64,000 nucleotides of DNA from Octopus bimaculoides (lineage: Eukaryota), in the NCBI RefSeq assembly GCF_001194135.2, contig NC_068998.1, positions 16,912,661 through 16,976,660 on the forward strand. Reading direction: 5' to 3'. Shown piece by piece: positions 62,783-64,000 of this stretch (positions are counted from its first letter, which is position 1; every line of letters starts with the position of its first letter). Both the position numbers and the translations under genes were made by a program. A model generated the notes under the pieces. It ran no database searches. It worked only from the letters and a program-made list of their open reading frames with translations, and had not been told where the DNA came from.

Positions 62783-63940
62783 CTGAAATATCAAGCAGGT
62801 ATACTTTAAAATACTGAAGTGAAAGTAATAAAATAAAAGACATTTAATTTAGATGTTATGCAAGCAATTCTAAAAATTTCCAATATATGTAAGGTAAACA
62901 AGATTACATATTAAATCAAAATTTCTTTTTATTTCAATTTTCAATGACTGTGCTGATGAGTAGATGATTAGGAATAAATTTATTTACAGATCAGTCAACA
63001 AAAAATTCTGACTGAATGAAACTTTCATGTGGATATGTAATGTGAATATGTCATACATGACAAACATTATAGATTCTATTGATTCATTGTTTAAAGATTA
63101 CATTTGTAGACAATACAAGTTTTAAGCACAGAGGAAATGTGATGTAATTTAAATTATTTAATTTCATTACTTCACCAAAGTGGTTGAATTAGTTAACACA
63201 ACTGTCGTGGTTGTTTCTACTCAACTTAGCACTGTAAAGTATGAAAACAACTGACAAGCACATTGTTGGCATCGACAATGGGTCAGATAATCTTTTTAAC
63301 TCCCACTGGCAACTATAATATTTACATTAAAATCTTAGAGGTTGATTATGAAATAAAAAAAAAACTAGCAGCAATACTCAACCACACTGAAATTTATAGA
63401 AACTATATGTAAGAGGGAGAGAGAGAGGAAAGTGAGTCACATAGTCAATGACTTCTTCACAGAAAGTTGCACCCCTAGACAAAACTGCAACTACCTAAAT
63501 GCAAAACAACTAGAAACATACATTGACCTTTATATATTAGGATGGTTTAAAATAGATTTCTTGCTAAAAAATATAAAAATTTTTTCAGTATTATATACAT
63601 TATGATACTGTAGAAACAGTAAAAAAAATCTAGTTCTTTCACAAGTCAGTTATCTTGTCTCTAAACAATAATGATTCCATTCAAATACATGCACACCTTT
63701 AGAAAAAGACAGGTAGGTATAGTTGAGTGGCTCAATTTATTTTGTAGAATAATAAAGTATAGAAAGCAAAGTTTATTTGGTTGGAATCTCAACCCTTTAA
63801 CCCCTCACACCAAACCTACAATGTCATTCTAAAAATAATCCTGTCATTGAAATCTTGAAGCTACAAGATAATGTATGGTTAATTCAAAACAATGTGAATA
63901 AATAAACATTACATTCAACGGTAATCTGAATGCTAAAAGG

Positions 63941-63944
<4 letters not shown>

Positions 63945-64000
<56 letters not shown>
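63945..64000. repeat. (TA)n microsatellite running to window end
   Basis: Direct reading. Confidence 0.98.

Noticed and set aside
62783-64000. KCMF1 ZZ-finger exon
   Set aside because: No C-x2-C...YKCLIC...DLC frame seen; lies upstream of the window.

Overview
AT-rich animal genomic DNA with assembly gaps and dense (TA)n/(CA)n/(GAT)n microsatellites, tRNA-derived SINEs, TTAA-flanked MITEs and LINE remnants. The repeat landscape resembles a coleoid cephalopod, probably Octopus (inference, not verified). Three spliced genes were reconstructed by hand from splice signals and protein similarity recalled from memory. (1) An ELMOD3-like gene on the minus strand: coding exons 9413 to 933, with the 3' end not found in the window. 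(2) A complete five-exon MRPS18C-like mitochondrial ribosomal protein gene on the plus strand (16201-23090, 191 aa), head-to-head with ELMOD3. (3) A KCMF1-like E3 ligase gene on the minus strand (62782 to 27593), with its first coding exons outside the window and one exon mostly inside an N-gap. The strongest observations are a minor-spliceosome (U12) AT-AC intron in KCMF1 (58709-61359), a ~380 bp fold-back carrying Penelope-type hammerhead-like cores in an ELMOD3 intron, paired RFX X-box-like motifs at the putative ELMOD3 promoter, and KCMF1-ELMOD3 linkage that may parallel human 2p11.2. Most short ORFs in the track are microsatellite or repeat noise. No CRISPR array, rRNA or credible tRNA gene was seen, and I found no clear evidence of a wholly new biological system.
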